DNA of 64,000 bases from the NCBI GenBank assembly GCA_963823555.1, contig CAWGMA010000001.1, forward strand, positions 576,001-640,000. The letters are read 5' to 3'. The position numbers and the translations under genes were made by a program. The notes under the pieces were generated by a model. It saw only the letters and a list, made by a program, of their open reading frames with translations, was not told the origin of the DNA and made no database searches. How positions within the stretch are numbered: position 1 is the first letter of the stretch; each line of letters starts with the position of its first letter. The stretch comes from Candidatus Eiseniibacteriota bacterium (GTDB taxonomy: Bacteria > Eisenbacteria > RBG-16-71-46 > CAVPCR01). Shown one piece after another: positions 1 through 8,757 of this stretch.

Positions 1-14
1 AGAAACGATCTCGC

Positions 15-1304
15 GTGCTGGCCAATGCGGTCGTCACCTCGGGCCTGGTTGCGCTCTTGACGGCGGTTGCTGGTTTCGTCCTCGCTGGCCCCCTGGTGGA
101 CGCCATGCGCGTACCGCCGGCCTTTCGCGCCGAAGCGATCTTCTGCTTCTACACCCTGATCGGCACCGTGCTCGTGAGCCAGGTTGCGACTCCCTTCCTG
201 GGGCTCCTCATGAGCGCCAACCGTTACGACCTGATCGACGTGATCCCGGCGGTCGGTCAGGTCCTCTATGCGGGCCTCGCCGTGGCTGCCTTTCGCTGGC
301 GTGGCCCCTCGCTCGAGCTGCTGGGTCTCTCGCATCTGGCCGCGCACACCCTGGCCATGGCGGTCCTCTCGAGTCTTGCACTCAAGCACCTGGGCGGGGC
401 TCGGCTCCGGGCCGGAGCGCTCGACTGGCAGGAGCTCAAGACCGTGCTCGGCTTCTCGGGAGAACTCCTCGTCATCAACGTGAGCGTTCTCCTCACGTAT
501 CAGACCGACAACATCGTCATCTCCCGCATGCTCGGAGTGGCGGCGGTCGCGCACTACACGGTGGCTTCGAGCCTGATCACGCGTTTCCGCCAGATCTCCT
601 ACGGGCTCTCGCGCACCTTCATGCCGGCAACGGCTGATCCCTCGACCACACCCGAGCGCCGGCGTGAACTCCACTTCCGCGGGACACGCTATTCGACTTT
701 GCTCGTCGCGGTCCTCGGCGCCGTGGCGGCCGGAGTGGCCGTTCCCTTCTACGAGCGCTGGCTCGGCCCCGATTACCGGGAGAGCGCCGGGATCTTCGTG
801 CTCCTGATCGTCGCCAATCTCTTCGCCATGAGTCAGTACGTGACCAACGCGGTCCTCACCGGGTTGCGTCACACCCGCCCGCTCATGGTGAGCGAGGTCC
901 TGGCCGCGCTCCTGAACCTAGCGCTCTCGATCGGGCTCGTGAGGGCCGGGTTCGGACTCGTCGGCGTAGCACTCGGCACGCTGGTGCCCATGGTCCTCAG
1001 GAACTCCTGGCTTGCGGTGCATGGCGCGCATGTCGTGGGCGCGCCGGTCTCCGCCTACGTGCGACGGATCTACCTGCCGTCGGCCGTGGTGTTCATCGTG
1101 ACCACGCTCGCTCTCGCCCTGGCGGCGCGGGGTGGGTGGTTCCCGAGCTGGCCTGCGCTCTTCGCCGCGGGCGCCATCGGGTTCGTCCTGGCCGCTGTCC
1201 TCGCCAATCGCCTGGTCCTCGACGATACGGACCGGTGCTTCATCCGAGGTGCGCTGGCGCGGGAGCGGGACCGGAGTTCGGGGCCGGGCGGAGCGGGATC
1301 GTGA
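15..1304 (+). CDS. Polysaccharide flippase (Wzx/MATE-like membrane protein), probably 5'-truncated by the window edge
   Basis: Multi-TM hydrophobic protein with 'QTDNIVISRMLGVAAVAHYTVA' and 'LNLALSIGLV..GFGLVGVALGT', typical of Wzx/MurJ-like exporters. Confidence 0.75.
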   Translation: MLANAVVTSGLVALLTAVAGFVLAGPLVDAMRVPPAFRAEAIFCFYTLIGTVLVSQVATPFLGLLMSANRYDLIDVIPAVGQVLYAGLAVAAFRWRGPSLELLGLSHLAAHTLAMAVLSSLALKHLGGARLRAGALDWQELKTVLGFSGELLVINVSVLLTYQTDNIVISRMLGVAAVAHYTVASSLITRFRQISYGLSRTFMPATADPSTTPERRRELHFRGTRYSTLLVAVLGAVAAGVAVPFYERWLGPDYRESAGIFVLLIVANLFAMSQYVTNAVLTGLRHTRPLMVSEVLAALLNLALSIGLVRAGFGLVGVALGTLVPMVLRNSWLAVHGAHVVGAPVSAYVRRIYLPSAVVFIVTTLALALAARGGWFPSWPALFAAGAIGFVLAAVLANRLVLDDTDRCFIRGALARERDRSSGPGGAGS

Positions 1305-2508
1305 GCATCACGGCGCCGGCCATGAGGATGGCGGCCACCCAGTAGGGCGCTCCGATGCCGACGTGCTCGAAGAGGTTCCCGCCAAGAATCGGTCCGAGGA
1401 CGCGGGCCAGGCTCGACAGCGACTGGCCGATGCCGAGCGTGCCTCCCTGCTCGTCCGCGGCCGCGTTACGCGACAGGAGCGACTGCAAGGTCGGCCCCAG
1501 GAGCCCGCTGCCGGCAGCGATCAGGATCAGCACGGGATAGAGAGATCCGATCTTCGCTGGCCAGGAGAAGAGAGCGAGACCGAGGGCCAGGAGGACGAGT
1601 CCCGTGCGTACCAGCCGGACCTCGCCGAAGCGGCGCGTCAGGCGCCCGATCAGGCCGCCCTGGATCAGGGCCGAGATCACCCCGATCACGAACAGCGCAG
1701 CCCCGGTAGCGCGCGCCGCCGCTCTCTGCGTCGAATGGTCGCCGATCGCGGGCAGCACCGGCGGTGGTGGCCCGAAGGCCGGTTGCTCGAGCGTGAAGCG
1801 ATGCTCGATATAGAGCGAGAAGGTGGATTCGAGCTGGGCGAAGGCGAAGGTGGCGAGGAAGAAGAGCGCGAGGATCACGCCCACGTTCGGCCGCTCGATG
1901 GCGATGAGGAAGGCGCGCACGTTGGCTCCAACCCCGCGCTGCCCGGCGGCGCTGACCTGGCGCGCGGCCGGCTCGGGGAGCATGATGGCGGCGAGGATGA
2001 GGTCGAGCCCGGTGAGCACAGCGGCCGCGACAGCGGGGAGTGGAATGGCGATGCCGCCCAGGAAGCCGCCGAGCGCCGGGCCGAAGACGAATCCGAGACC
2101 GAAGGCCATGCCCACCAGGCCCATGCCGCGGGCCCGCTCCTCCGGGCGCGTGACGTCGGCGATGTAGGCCTGAGCGGTGGGGATGTTGGCATTGCCTATG
2201 CCGGCGAGGATCCGTGCGGCGAACACGAGCGGCAGCGTGTCGGCGACGGCCAGGAGGGCGTAGCCGGCGGTCGAGACCGCGAGGCTCATCAGGATGATCG
2301 GGCGCCGCCCGATGCGATCGGAAAGTCGCCCCCACACCGGCGCGAAGAGGAACTGCATGAGTGAATAGGACGCCATGAGGAGGGTGATGACGGCGGGCGA
2401 GGCGCCGAATCGCTCGGCGAAGTAGGGGAGAATGGGGATGATGATCCCGAAGCCCAGGAGGTCGAGAAAGACGGTGAAGAAGATGATGAGGAGCGGTTTC
2501 GAGCGCAT
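1240..2508 (-). CDS. MFS transporter, TetA/DHA1-like
   Basis: 'FLDLLGFGIIIPILP', motif A 'GRLSDRIGRRP', 'AYIADVT', 'GFVFGPALGG'. Confidence 0.9.
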   Translation of the reverse strand: MRSKPLLIIFFTVFLDLLGFGIIIPILPYFAERFGASPAVITLLMASYSLMQFLFAPVWGRLSDRIGRRPIILMSLAVSTAGYALLAVADTLPLVFAARILAGIGNANIPTAQAYIADVTRPEERARGMGLVGMAFGLGFVFGPALGGFLGGIAIPLPAVAAAVLTGLDLILAAIMLPEPAARQVSAAGQRGVGANVRAFLIAIERPNVGVILALFFLATFAFAQLESTFSLYIEHRFTLEQPAFGPPPPVLPAIGDHSTQRAAARATGAALFVIGVISALIQGGLIGRLTRRFGEVRLVRTGLVLLALGLALFSWPAKIGSLYPVLILIAAGSGLLGPTLQSLLSRNAAADEQGGTLGIGQSLSSLARVLGPILGGNLFEHVGIGAPYWVAAILMAGAVMLTIPLRPAPNSGPAPAPAHLG

Positions 2509-2735
2509 GCAGTCTCCTGCCGCCGCCGCGCGCCGATCGCGCGGGCGACGGAACGTGCGATTGAACCGCAGTCGGCTGCTGCGCGCAAGGGCGGTGAGGC
2601 GTCGCTGCCCGGATAGATGGCATGACGCGGCTGCGGGAGGGCGATCAGGAGCGGCTGCCCGGATGGCGGCCGAGCCGCCCCCTCCCCGATCAGTCCCGGG
2701 GGCAGTATGCTAGGGAATGACGGAGGAGAGACCCC

Positions 2736-3725
2736 ATGCCGGCCAACCTGACCCCGCAGTACAAGGCGGCCGAGGAGCGCTATCGAGCCGCCACCGATCC
2801 CGAAGAGAAGCTCGCCGCGCTGCGCGAGATGCTGGCGGTGATGCCCAAGCACAAGGGCACCGAGAAGTTGCAGGGCGATCTCAAACAGCGGATCGCCAAG
2901 CTCACGCAGCAAGCGCAGAGTCGCGGTGGGGCGCGGCGAACCACGTTCGACCACGTCCCGCGTGAAGGAGCCGGGCAGGTCGTCCTGATCGGTCCACCGA
3001 ATGCGGGCAAGTCCTCGCTCCTGGGGGCGTTGACCCGCGCCGAGCCGGTGATCGCCCCCTATCCCTTCACCACCCACGTGCCGCAGCCGGGCATGATGCC
3101 GTTCGAAGATGTCATGGTCCAGCTGGTCGACACCCCGGCCCTCGCCGCCGAGCACACCCCGCCCTGGCTTCCCGGACTCGTGCGGTCCGCGGATCTGGCG
3201 CTCCTCGTCGTCGATCTGAGCTCGCCAGCCCTGCTCGAAGAGGTGGAATTCGCCCTCGATCGCATGGCTCAGTCCCGCGTGCACCTCCGCCCGCCCGGCG
3301 ATGGGAGCCCGCCGGAGGATCCCTCCGCCGAGGCCGTGCAGGCGGTGGTCGTCGGCACGCACGCCGAGCTCGAGGACGCCACGATGGGCCGGGATCTCCT
3401 TGGCGAGTTCCTTGCCGGGGGCCTGCCCTTCACCACCGTCTCCACCGTTGATCGCCGCGGGCTCGAGGAACTCCGGAGTCGGGTCTACGCCCTCCTCGAT
3501 GTCATCCGGGTCTACACGAAGGAGCCGGGTAAGCCGGCCGACCGGGAGCGGCCCTTCGTCCTCAAGCGCGGCTCTACCGTCGGGGACCTCGCGGCGTTGA
3601 TTCACAAGGATCTGGCCGCCAAGCTGCGCTTCGCGCGGGTCTGGGGCACCGCGACCTTCGACGGGCAGACCGTGCACCGCGACCACCCGCTCTCCGACCG
3701 GGATATCGTGGAGCTGCACGAATAG
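2736..3725 (+). CDS. DRG/Obg-family GTPase with C-terminal TGS domain
   Basis: G1 GPPNAGKS, G2 YPFTT, G3 DTP, 'PKHKGTEKL', TGS '[18 protein letters not shown]'; RBS GGAGG. Confidence 0.9.
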   Translation: MPANLTPQYKAAEERYRAATDPEEKLAALREMLAVMPKHKGTEKLQGDLKQRIAKLTQQAQSRGGARRTTFDHVPREGAGQVVLIGPPNAGKSSLLGALTRAEPVIAPYPFTTHVPQPGMMPFEDVMVQLVDTPALAAEHTPPWLPGLVRSADLALLVVDLSSPALLEEVEFALDRMAQSRVHLRPPGDGSPPEDPSAEAVQAVVVGTHAELEDATMGRDLLGEFLAGGLPFTTVSTVDRRGLEELRSRVYALLDVIRVYTKEPGKPADRERPFVLKRGSTVGDLAALIHKDLAAKLRFARVWGTATFDGQTVHRDHPLSDRDIVELHE

Positions 3726-3744
3726 CGGCGTCTCAAATAAGTCG

Positions 3745-3773
3745 TTGCCTTTTGTAGGGTTATCTGCTATGGT
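3745..3773 (+). promoter_or_regulatory. sigma70-type promoter for the PKD gene
   Basis: TTGCCT-17nt-TATGGT with TG extended -10, in an AT-rich patch. Confidence 0.6.
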
Positions 3774-4028
3774 CTGCGGGTTACAGCGAGGGTGGCCTTC
3801 GTGGCTGCTCCGCAGCCCGTACCCGTCGCACCCGAGCCAAAGCCTGATCCAGCCGCCAGCGCCCCCCGCTCGGACCGCCATCCGTTCGAACCACCATCTC
3901 GCTGGTCTTTCGATTTCGCTTTGGCTGGCTTTCGGGAGCTCCCGCCAGGGATCCCTCGGTTGTCCCGCCTTGATTCTGTCTCCGGAAAGTCAACGACATA
4001 GTCAACGATGATCAGCCTGGGAGGCATC

Positions 4029-7000
4029 ATGAAGAGAGCTTGGGTATCGTGGCTCGTGGCCTTGAGTATCGGGTTCCTGGCCACCGCCGCGTTCGCAGCG
4101 GATGCGCCGCTGGAGAGCGACGGCCAAACCGCCCTCTTGCCCTTGACGCCCGTGATCGGTGTCGATCCGACCAGCCTCGACTTCGGCAAGGTCTGCGTCG
4201 GCCAGGGCGCGGAATTGACCATCAACCTCTTCAACGACGTAGCCGATCCGACAAGCGTACTCACCATCTCCGGCCTGCAGATTGCTCCGGGGGATTACAG
4301 CCTCGTGAGCCCGCCGCCGCTCCCGCTCACCATCCCCGGTGACGGCACGCAGGTTCCGGTCACCATCCGTTTCGCGCCGGCGAACCCGGGCCCCGTCGCG
4401 GGCACGTTCATCATCACCGCCGACGCGCCCGTGCTGCCGCCGAACCCGCTCATCGTCGACCTCGCCGGCACGGGCAATCGGCCGCCGGTCTGCAATGCTG
4501 GGGGACCCTACAGCGGGACCACCGGCCAGCCAGTCTCATTCAACGGCAGCGGTTCGAGCGATCCCGACGGGGATCCGATCACGTACGCATGGAACTTCGG
4601 TGATGGCGCGACCGGCTCGGGCGCGACCCCGACGCATACCTACGCGGCGGGCGGGGTCTACACCGTGACCCTCATCGTGACCGACAACTGCGGTGAGAGC
4701 TCGACCTGCGAGACGACGGCGGACATCAACACGCCGCCAGTCTGCGATGCCGACGGTCCGTACTCCGGCAACGTCGGCCAGCCGGTCTCGTTCGATGGCA
4801 CGGGCTCGAGCGACCCCGACGGGACGATCGCGTCGTACGCATGGAACTTCGGTGACGGCGCGACCGGTTCGGGTGCGACCCCGACGCATACCTATGCGGC
4901 GGGCGGGGTCTACACCGTGACCCTCACCGTGACCGACAACGACGGCGCGAGCTCGACCTGCGAGACCACGGCGAACATCAACACGCCGCCGGTCTGCGAT
5001 GCGGGCGGTCCCTACACCGGCACCACCGGCCAGCCGGTCTCGTTCGATGGCACGGGCTCGAGCGATCCGGACGGCACGATCGTGTCGTACAGCTGGAACT
5101 TCGGCGACGGCGCGACCGGTTCGGGTGCCACCCCGACGCATACCTACGCGGCCGGCGGGGTCTACGCCGTGACCCTCACCGTCACGGACAACGACGGCGC
5201 GAGCTCGACCTGCGAGACCACGGCGGACATCAACACGCCGCCGGTCTGCGACGCGGGCGGTCCTTACTCGGGCACGGCGGGCCAGCCGGTTACGTTCGAT
5301 GGCACGGGCTCGAGCGACCCCGACGGCACGATCGCGTCGTACAGCTGGGACTTCGGTGACGGCGCGACCGGTTCGGGTGCGACCCCGACGCATACCTACG
5401 CGGCCGGCGGTATCTACGCCGTGACCCTCACCGTCACGGACAACGACGGCGCGAGCTCGACCTGCGAGACCACGGCGGACATCAACACGCCGCCGGTGTG
5501 CGACGCGGGCGGTCCTTACTCGGGCACGGCGGGCCAGCCGGTTACGTTCGATGGCACGGGCTCGAGCGACCCCGACGGCACGATCGCGTCGTACAGCTGG
5601 GACTTCGGTGACGGCGCGACCGGTTCGGGTGCGACCCCGACGCATACCTACGCGGCGGGCGGTACCTACACCGTGACCCTCACCGTCACGGACAACGACG
5701 GCGCGAGCTCGACCTGCGAGACCACGGCCAACATCAACGCGCTTCCCATCTGCGATGCGGGCGGTCCGTACTCCGGTCTCGTCGGCCAGCCGGTCTCGTT
5801 CGACGGCACGGGTTCGAGCGATCCGGACGGCACGATCGTGTCGTACAGCTGGGACTTCGGTGACGGCGCGACCGGTTCGGGTGCGACCCCGACGCATACC
5901 TACGCGGCGACCGGCGTCTTCACTGTCACCCTGTGCGTGGTGGACGACGACGGCGCCGAGAGCTGCTGCACGACCACGGTCTCGATCGGCGAGCAGAACC
6001 TCCCGCCGATCTGCGATGCCGGCGGTCCGTACACGGGCACCATCAACCTGCCGCTTTCGTTCGACGGCACGGGCTCGAGCGATCCCGACGGCACGATCGT
6101 CTCGTACGACTGGGACTTCGGAGATGGCTCGACCGGTTCGGGCGCAACCCCGACCCACACCTACGCGGCGACCGGCGTCTTCACTGTCACCCTGTGCGTG
6201 ACGGATGACGGCGGCGAGCAGAGCTGCTGCACGACGACGGCCGACATCCAGCCCGAGCCCAACGAGCCGCCGATCTGCGACGCGGGCGGTCCGTATTCGG
6301 GGCTTGTCGGCCAGCCGGTGTCGTTCGACGGCACGGGCTCGAGCGATCCCGACGGCACCATCGTCTCGTACGAGTGGGACTTCGGGGACGGCTCGACCGG
6401 CTCGGGCGCAACCCCGACGCATACCTATGCGGCGGCGGGCACGTACACGGTCACCCTCTGCGTGACCGATGACGACAACGCCCGGAGCTGCTGTACGACC
6501 ACGGCGACGATCGAGGCCGAGAACCTGCCGCCGGTCTGCGATGCCGGAGGGCCGTACTCGGGTGATGCCGGGGCCTCGATCCAGTTCGACGGTTCCGGTT
6601 CGAGCGATCCCGATGGCACCATCGTCTCGTACGCCTGGGACTTCGGGGACGGCGGCACGGGAACGGGTGCCACCCCGACCCATGTCTACGCAGCCCCGGG
6701 TACCTATACCGTCGTCCTCTGTGTGACGGATGATGACGGGGCCCAGAGCTGCTGCACGACCCTCGCCGATGTGTTCCCGCCGTCGGCGGTCGAGATCTCG
6801 ACCTTCACGGCGAATAGCGAGGACGGGGTTGTGGTTCTCACATGGCGGACTGCGTTCGAGCAGGACAACGCGGGCTTCCATGTCGAGCGCGCGGCGGTCG
6901 GCAGCGCCGACTTCGCCCAGGTCAACGAGACCATGATCACGGGTAACGGTGACACGCCGGGTCAGTACTCGTACACCGATCGCACCGCCGAGGGTGGTGC

Positions 7001-7370
7001 CACGTACGATTACCGGTTGGTCGCGATCGATCTCTATGGTGCACGCGATGTCTTCGGACCGATCCAGGTCCAGGTCACGCTCGCCGCGCCGAAGGAGCTC
7101 GCACTCGGCCAGAACCGGCCGAATCCGTTCAATCCGACGACGACGATCACCTTCGCCCTGCCCGAGGCGGAGCGGGTGGCGCTGCGGATCTACGATGCGC
7201 AGGGTCAGCTGGTGCGTACCCTCGTCAACGGCGAGATGTCAGCCAGCGAGCATGCGGTGGAGTGGGATGGCAAGGACGACCGGGGCACCCAGGTCGGATC
7301 GGGCATCTACATCTACCGTCTCGAGCTGGGGTCGACGGTGCTCCAGAACAAGATGGTCCTGATGAAGTAG
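4029..7370 (+). CDS. Secreted surface protein: signal peptide, Ig-like (ASH/abnormal-spindle-like) domain, 9 tandem PKD domains, C-terminal FlgD-Ig/T9SS-CTD-like domain
   Basis: ATG 4029 after GGAGG; nine W(D/N)FGDG PKD motifs; C-terminus 'LGQNRPNPFNPTTTITFALP...IYDAQGQLVRTL...EWDGKD...SGIYIYRL'. Confidence 0.9.
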   Translation: MKRAWVSWLVALSIGFLATAAFAADAPLESDGQTALLPLTPVIGVDPTSLDFGKVCVGQGAELTINLFNDVADPTSVLTISGLQIAPGDYSLVSPPPLPLTIPGDGTQVPVTIRFAPANPGPVAGTFIITADAPVLPPNPLIVDLAGTGNRPPVCNAGGPYSGTTGQPVSFNGSGSSDPDGDPITYAWNFGDGATGSGATPTHTYAAGGVYTVTLIVTDNCGESSTCETTADINTPPVCDADGPYSGNVGQPVSFDGTGSSDPDGTIASYAWNFGDGATGSGATPTHTYAAGGVYTVTLTVTDNDGASSTCETTANINTPPVCDAGGPYTGTTGQPVSFDGTGSSDPDGTIVSYSWNFGDGATGSGATPTHTYAAGGVYAVTLTVTDNDGASSTCETTADINTPPVCDAGGPYSGTAGQPVTFDGTGSSDPDGTIASYSWDFGDGATGSGATPTHTYAAGGIYAVTLTVTDNDGASSTCETTADINTPPVCDAGGPYSGTAGQPVTFDGTGSSDPDGTIASYSWDFGDGATGSGATPTHTYAAGGTYTVTLTVTDNDGASSTCETTANINALPICDAGGPYSGLVGQPVSFDGTGSSDPDGTIVSYSWDFGDGATGSGATPTHTYAATGVFTVTLCVVDDDGAESCCTTTVSIGEQNLPPICDAGGPYTGTINLPLSFDGTGSSDPDGTIVSYDWDFGDGSTGSGATPTHTYAATGVFTVTLCVTDDGGEQSCCTTTADIQPEPNEPPICDAGGPYSGLVGQPVSFDGTGSSDPDGTIVSYEWDFGDGSTGSGATPTHTYAAAGTYTVTLCVTDDDNARSCCTTTATIEAENLPPVCDAGGPYSGDAGASIQFDGSGSSDPDGTIVSYAWDFGDGGTGTGATPTHVYAAPGTYTVVLCVTDDDGAQSCCTTLADVFPPSAVEISTFTANSEDGVVVLTWRTAFEQDNAGFHVERAAVGSADFAQVNETMITGNGDTPGQYSYTDRTAEGGATYDYRLVAIDLYGARDVFGPIQVQVTLAAPKELALGQNRPNPFNPTTTITFALPEAERVALRIYDAQGQLVRTLVNGEMSASEHAVEWDGKDDRGTQVGSGIYIYRLELGSTVLQNKMVLMK
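4476..6780 (+). repeat. Coding tandem repeat: 9 units of ~252-264 nt (PKD domains)
   Basis: Units start near 4476, 4728, 4980, 5232, 5484, 5736, 5997, 6261 and 6522; the first six are spaced exactly 252 nt apart. Confidence 0.9.
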
Positions 7371-7414
7371 TGAGGACCTGACGCATTCCCGCGCCAGAGA
7401 GCTGCGGGTGAACG

Positions 7415-7450
7415 GGGGGCGGCTGCCGAGAGGCAGCCGCCCCCTTGTTG
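7415..7450 (+). terminator. Intrinsic terminator after the PKD gene
   Basis: GGGGGCGGCTGCC-GAGA-GGCAGCCGCCCCC followed by TTGTTG. Confidence 0.75.
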
Positions 7451-7602
7451 TGCGCGCCGGAGAGGGCCGAGCTTTCCTTCCGCATCGCCTCCCGGGAGCG
7501 TAGAATCCCCGATCCGCGCCGCCTGCGGCCCCGGGGCGGGAGCGAGCATGGCCCGGGCGCGAGACATGGCCGGCGGGATCAGCGCGAGGAGGGCAAGAAC
7601 CG

Positions 7603-8757
7603 ATGAAGGTGGGACTGGTGGGGGCAGGTCTGCAGGGCACGGCCATCGCCTGGGATCTGGCGCAGCAAGAGGACGTCGAGAAGATCATCATCACCGATCT
7701 CGATGGTGCACGGGCGCACCGCGTGGCCGAGCTCGATCCTGGACGGCGCACCGAGGCGCGGGTGCTCGATGCCGCCAAGACCGCGGGCGTGGCCACCCTG
7801 GCCGAGGAGGTGGATGTCCTGGTCTCGGCCACTTACTATGGATTCAACCTGGAGCTTGGCCGAGCCGCCATCGCCGGCGGCGCGCACTTCTGTGATCTCG
7901 GCGGCAACAATGAGGTCGTCGACCGCGAACTCGCTCTCGACCGCGAAGCTCGGGCGGCCGGGGTCACCATCATTCCCGACTGCGGACTCGCTCCAGGGAT
8001 GGCGACCGTTCTCGGAGCGCTCGCGGTCGAGCGCCATCCTGCGCCCGAATCGCTCCACATCCGGGTCGGCGGACTCCCGCTGCGACCCAAGCCGCCGCTC
8101 GATTACAAGCTGGTCTTTGCCCCCGAAGGACTCATCAACGAGTACGTGGAGCCGGCTCGCGTACTGCGTGACGGGAGGATCGTCGAGGTCGAATCCCTGA
8201 GCGGGGTCGAGCGGGTGACCTTCCCCGGCTTCGGACCGCTCGAGGCCTTTCATACCTCGGGTGGATCCTCGACCCTGCCGAGCACGCTCGGGAGCAAGCT
8301 GCGCACGATCGAGTACAAGACCATCCGTTACCCCGGGCATTGCGAGCGGATGCGCTTTCTGCGGGACCTCGGGTTGATGGCCTCGACGCCCATCCATTCC
8401 TGGGAGCGCGGTCTCGCGGTCTCGCCGCGCGAGGTGCTCGAGGCGGTGCTGGCCGATCGCCTCCAGGATCCGGGGGAAGACGTCGTGCTGATGCGGATCG
8501 AAGCGGCAGGCCGGAGCGGCGGGCGCCTCTTGCGCCACGTCTTCGAGATGGTCGACCATGCCCATGCCGGAACCGGGCACACGGCCATGATGCGCACCAC
8601 CGGCTATCCGGCCGCGATCGTCGCCGAGATGCTCGGGCGGGGCGATATCGCGGTTCGCGGTGCCGTGCCCCAGGAAGAGGCGGTGCCGGGCGAGCTGTTC
8701 CTCGCCGCGCTCAAGGCGCGTGGCTTCGCCATCATCGAGCGAGAGGAGGTCGAGTGA
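7603..8757 (+). CDS. Saccharopine dehydrogenase family / lysine 6-dehydrogenase-like
   Basis: Rossmann GAGLQG, 'FCDLGGN', 'PDCGLAPG', 'YKTIRYPGH', 'TAMMRTTGYPA'. Confidence 0.85.
   Translation: MKVGLVGAGLQGTAIAWDLAQQEDVEKIIITDLDGARAHRVAELDPGRRTEARVLDAAKTAGVATLAEEVDVLVSATYYGFNLELGRAAIAGGAHFCDLGGNNEVVDRELALDREARAAGVTIIPDCGLAPGMATVLGALAVERHPAPESLHIRVGGLPLRPKPPLDYKLVFAPEGLINEYVEPARVLRDGRIVEVESLSGVERVTFPGFGPLEAFHTSGGSSTLPSTLGSKLRTIEYKTIRYPGHCERMRFLRDLGLMASTPIHSWERGLAVSPREVLEAVLADRLQDPGEDVVLMRIEAAGRSGGRLLRHVFEMVDHAHAGTGHTAMMRTTGYPAAIVAEMLGRGDIAVRGAVPQEEAVPGELFLAALKARGFAIIEREEVE

Noticed and set aside
1240..2508. Acquired tetracycline resistance gene
   Set aside because: Generic DHA1 MFS with host-like composition, no tetR and no mobile context
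3988..4008. LytTR binding site
   Set aside because: The direct-repeat period is 12 nt, far shorter than the roughly two-helical-turn spacing of typical LytTR sites
4476..6780. CRISPR array or DGR template/variable repeats
   Set aside because: Repeats are in-frame 252-nt coding units with no spacers; no cas or reverse transcriptase gene; differences are not adenine-specific
4536..6881. 781-aa antisense ORF (likewise 27040-29100, 53879-55531, 8604-9992)
   Set aside because: Shadow ORFs caused by high-GC codon bias opposite clear genes
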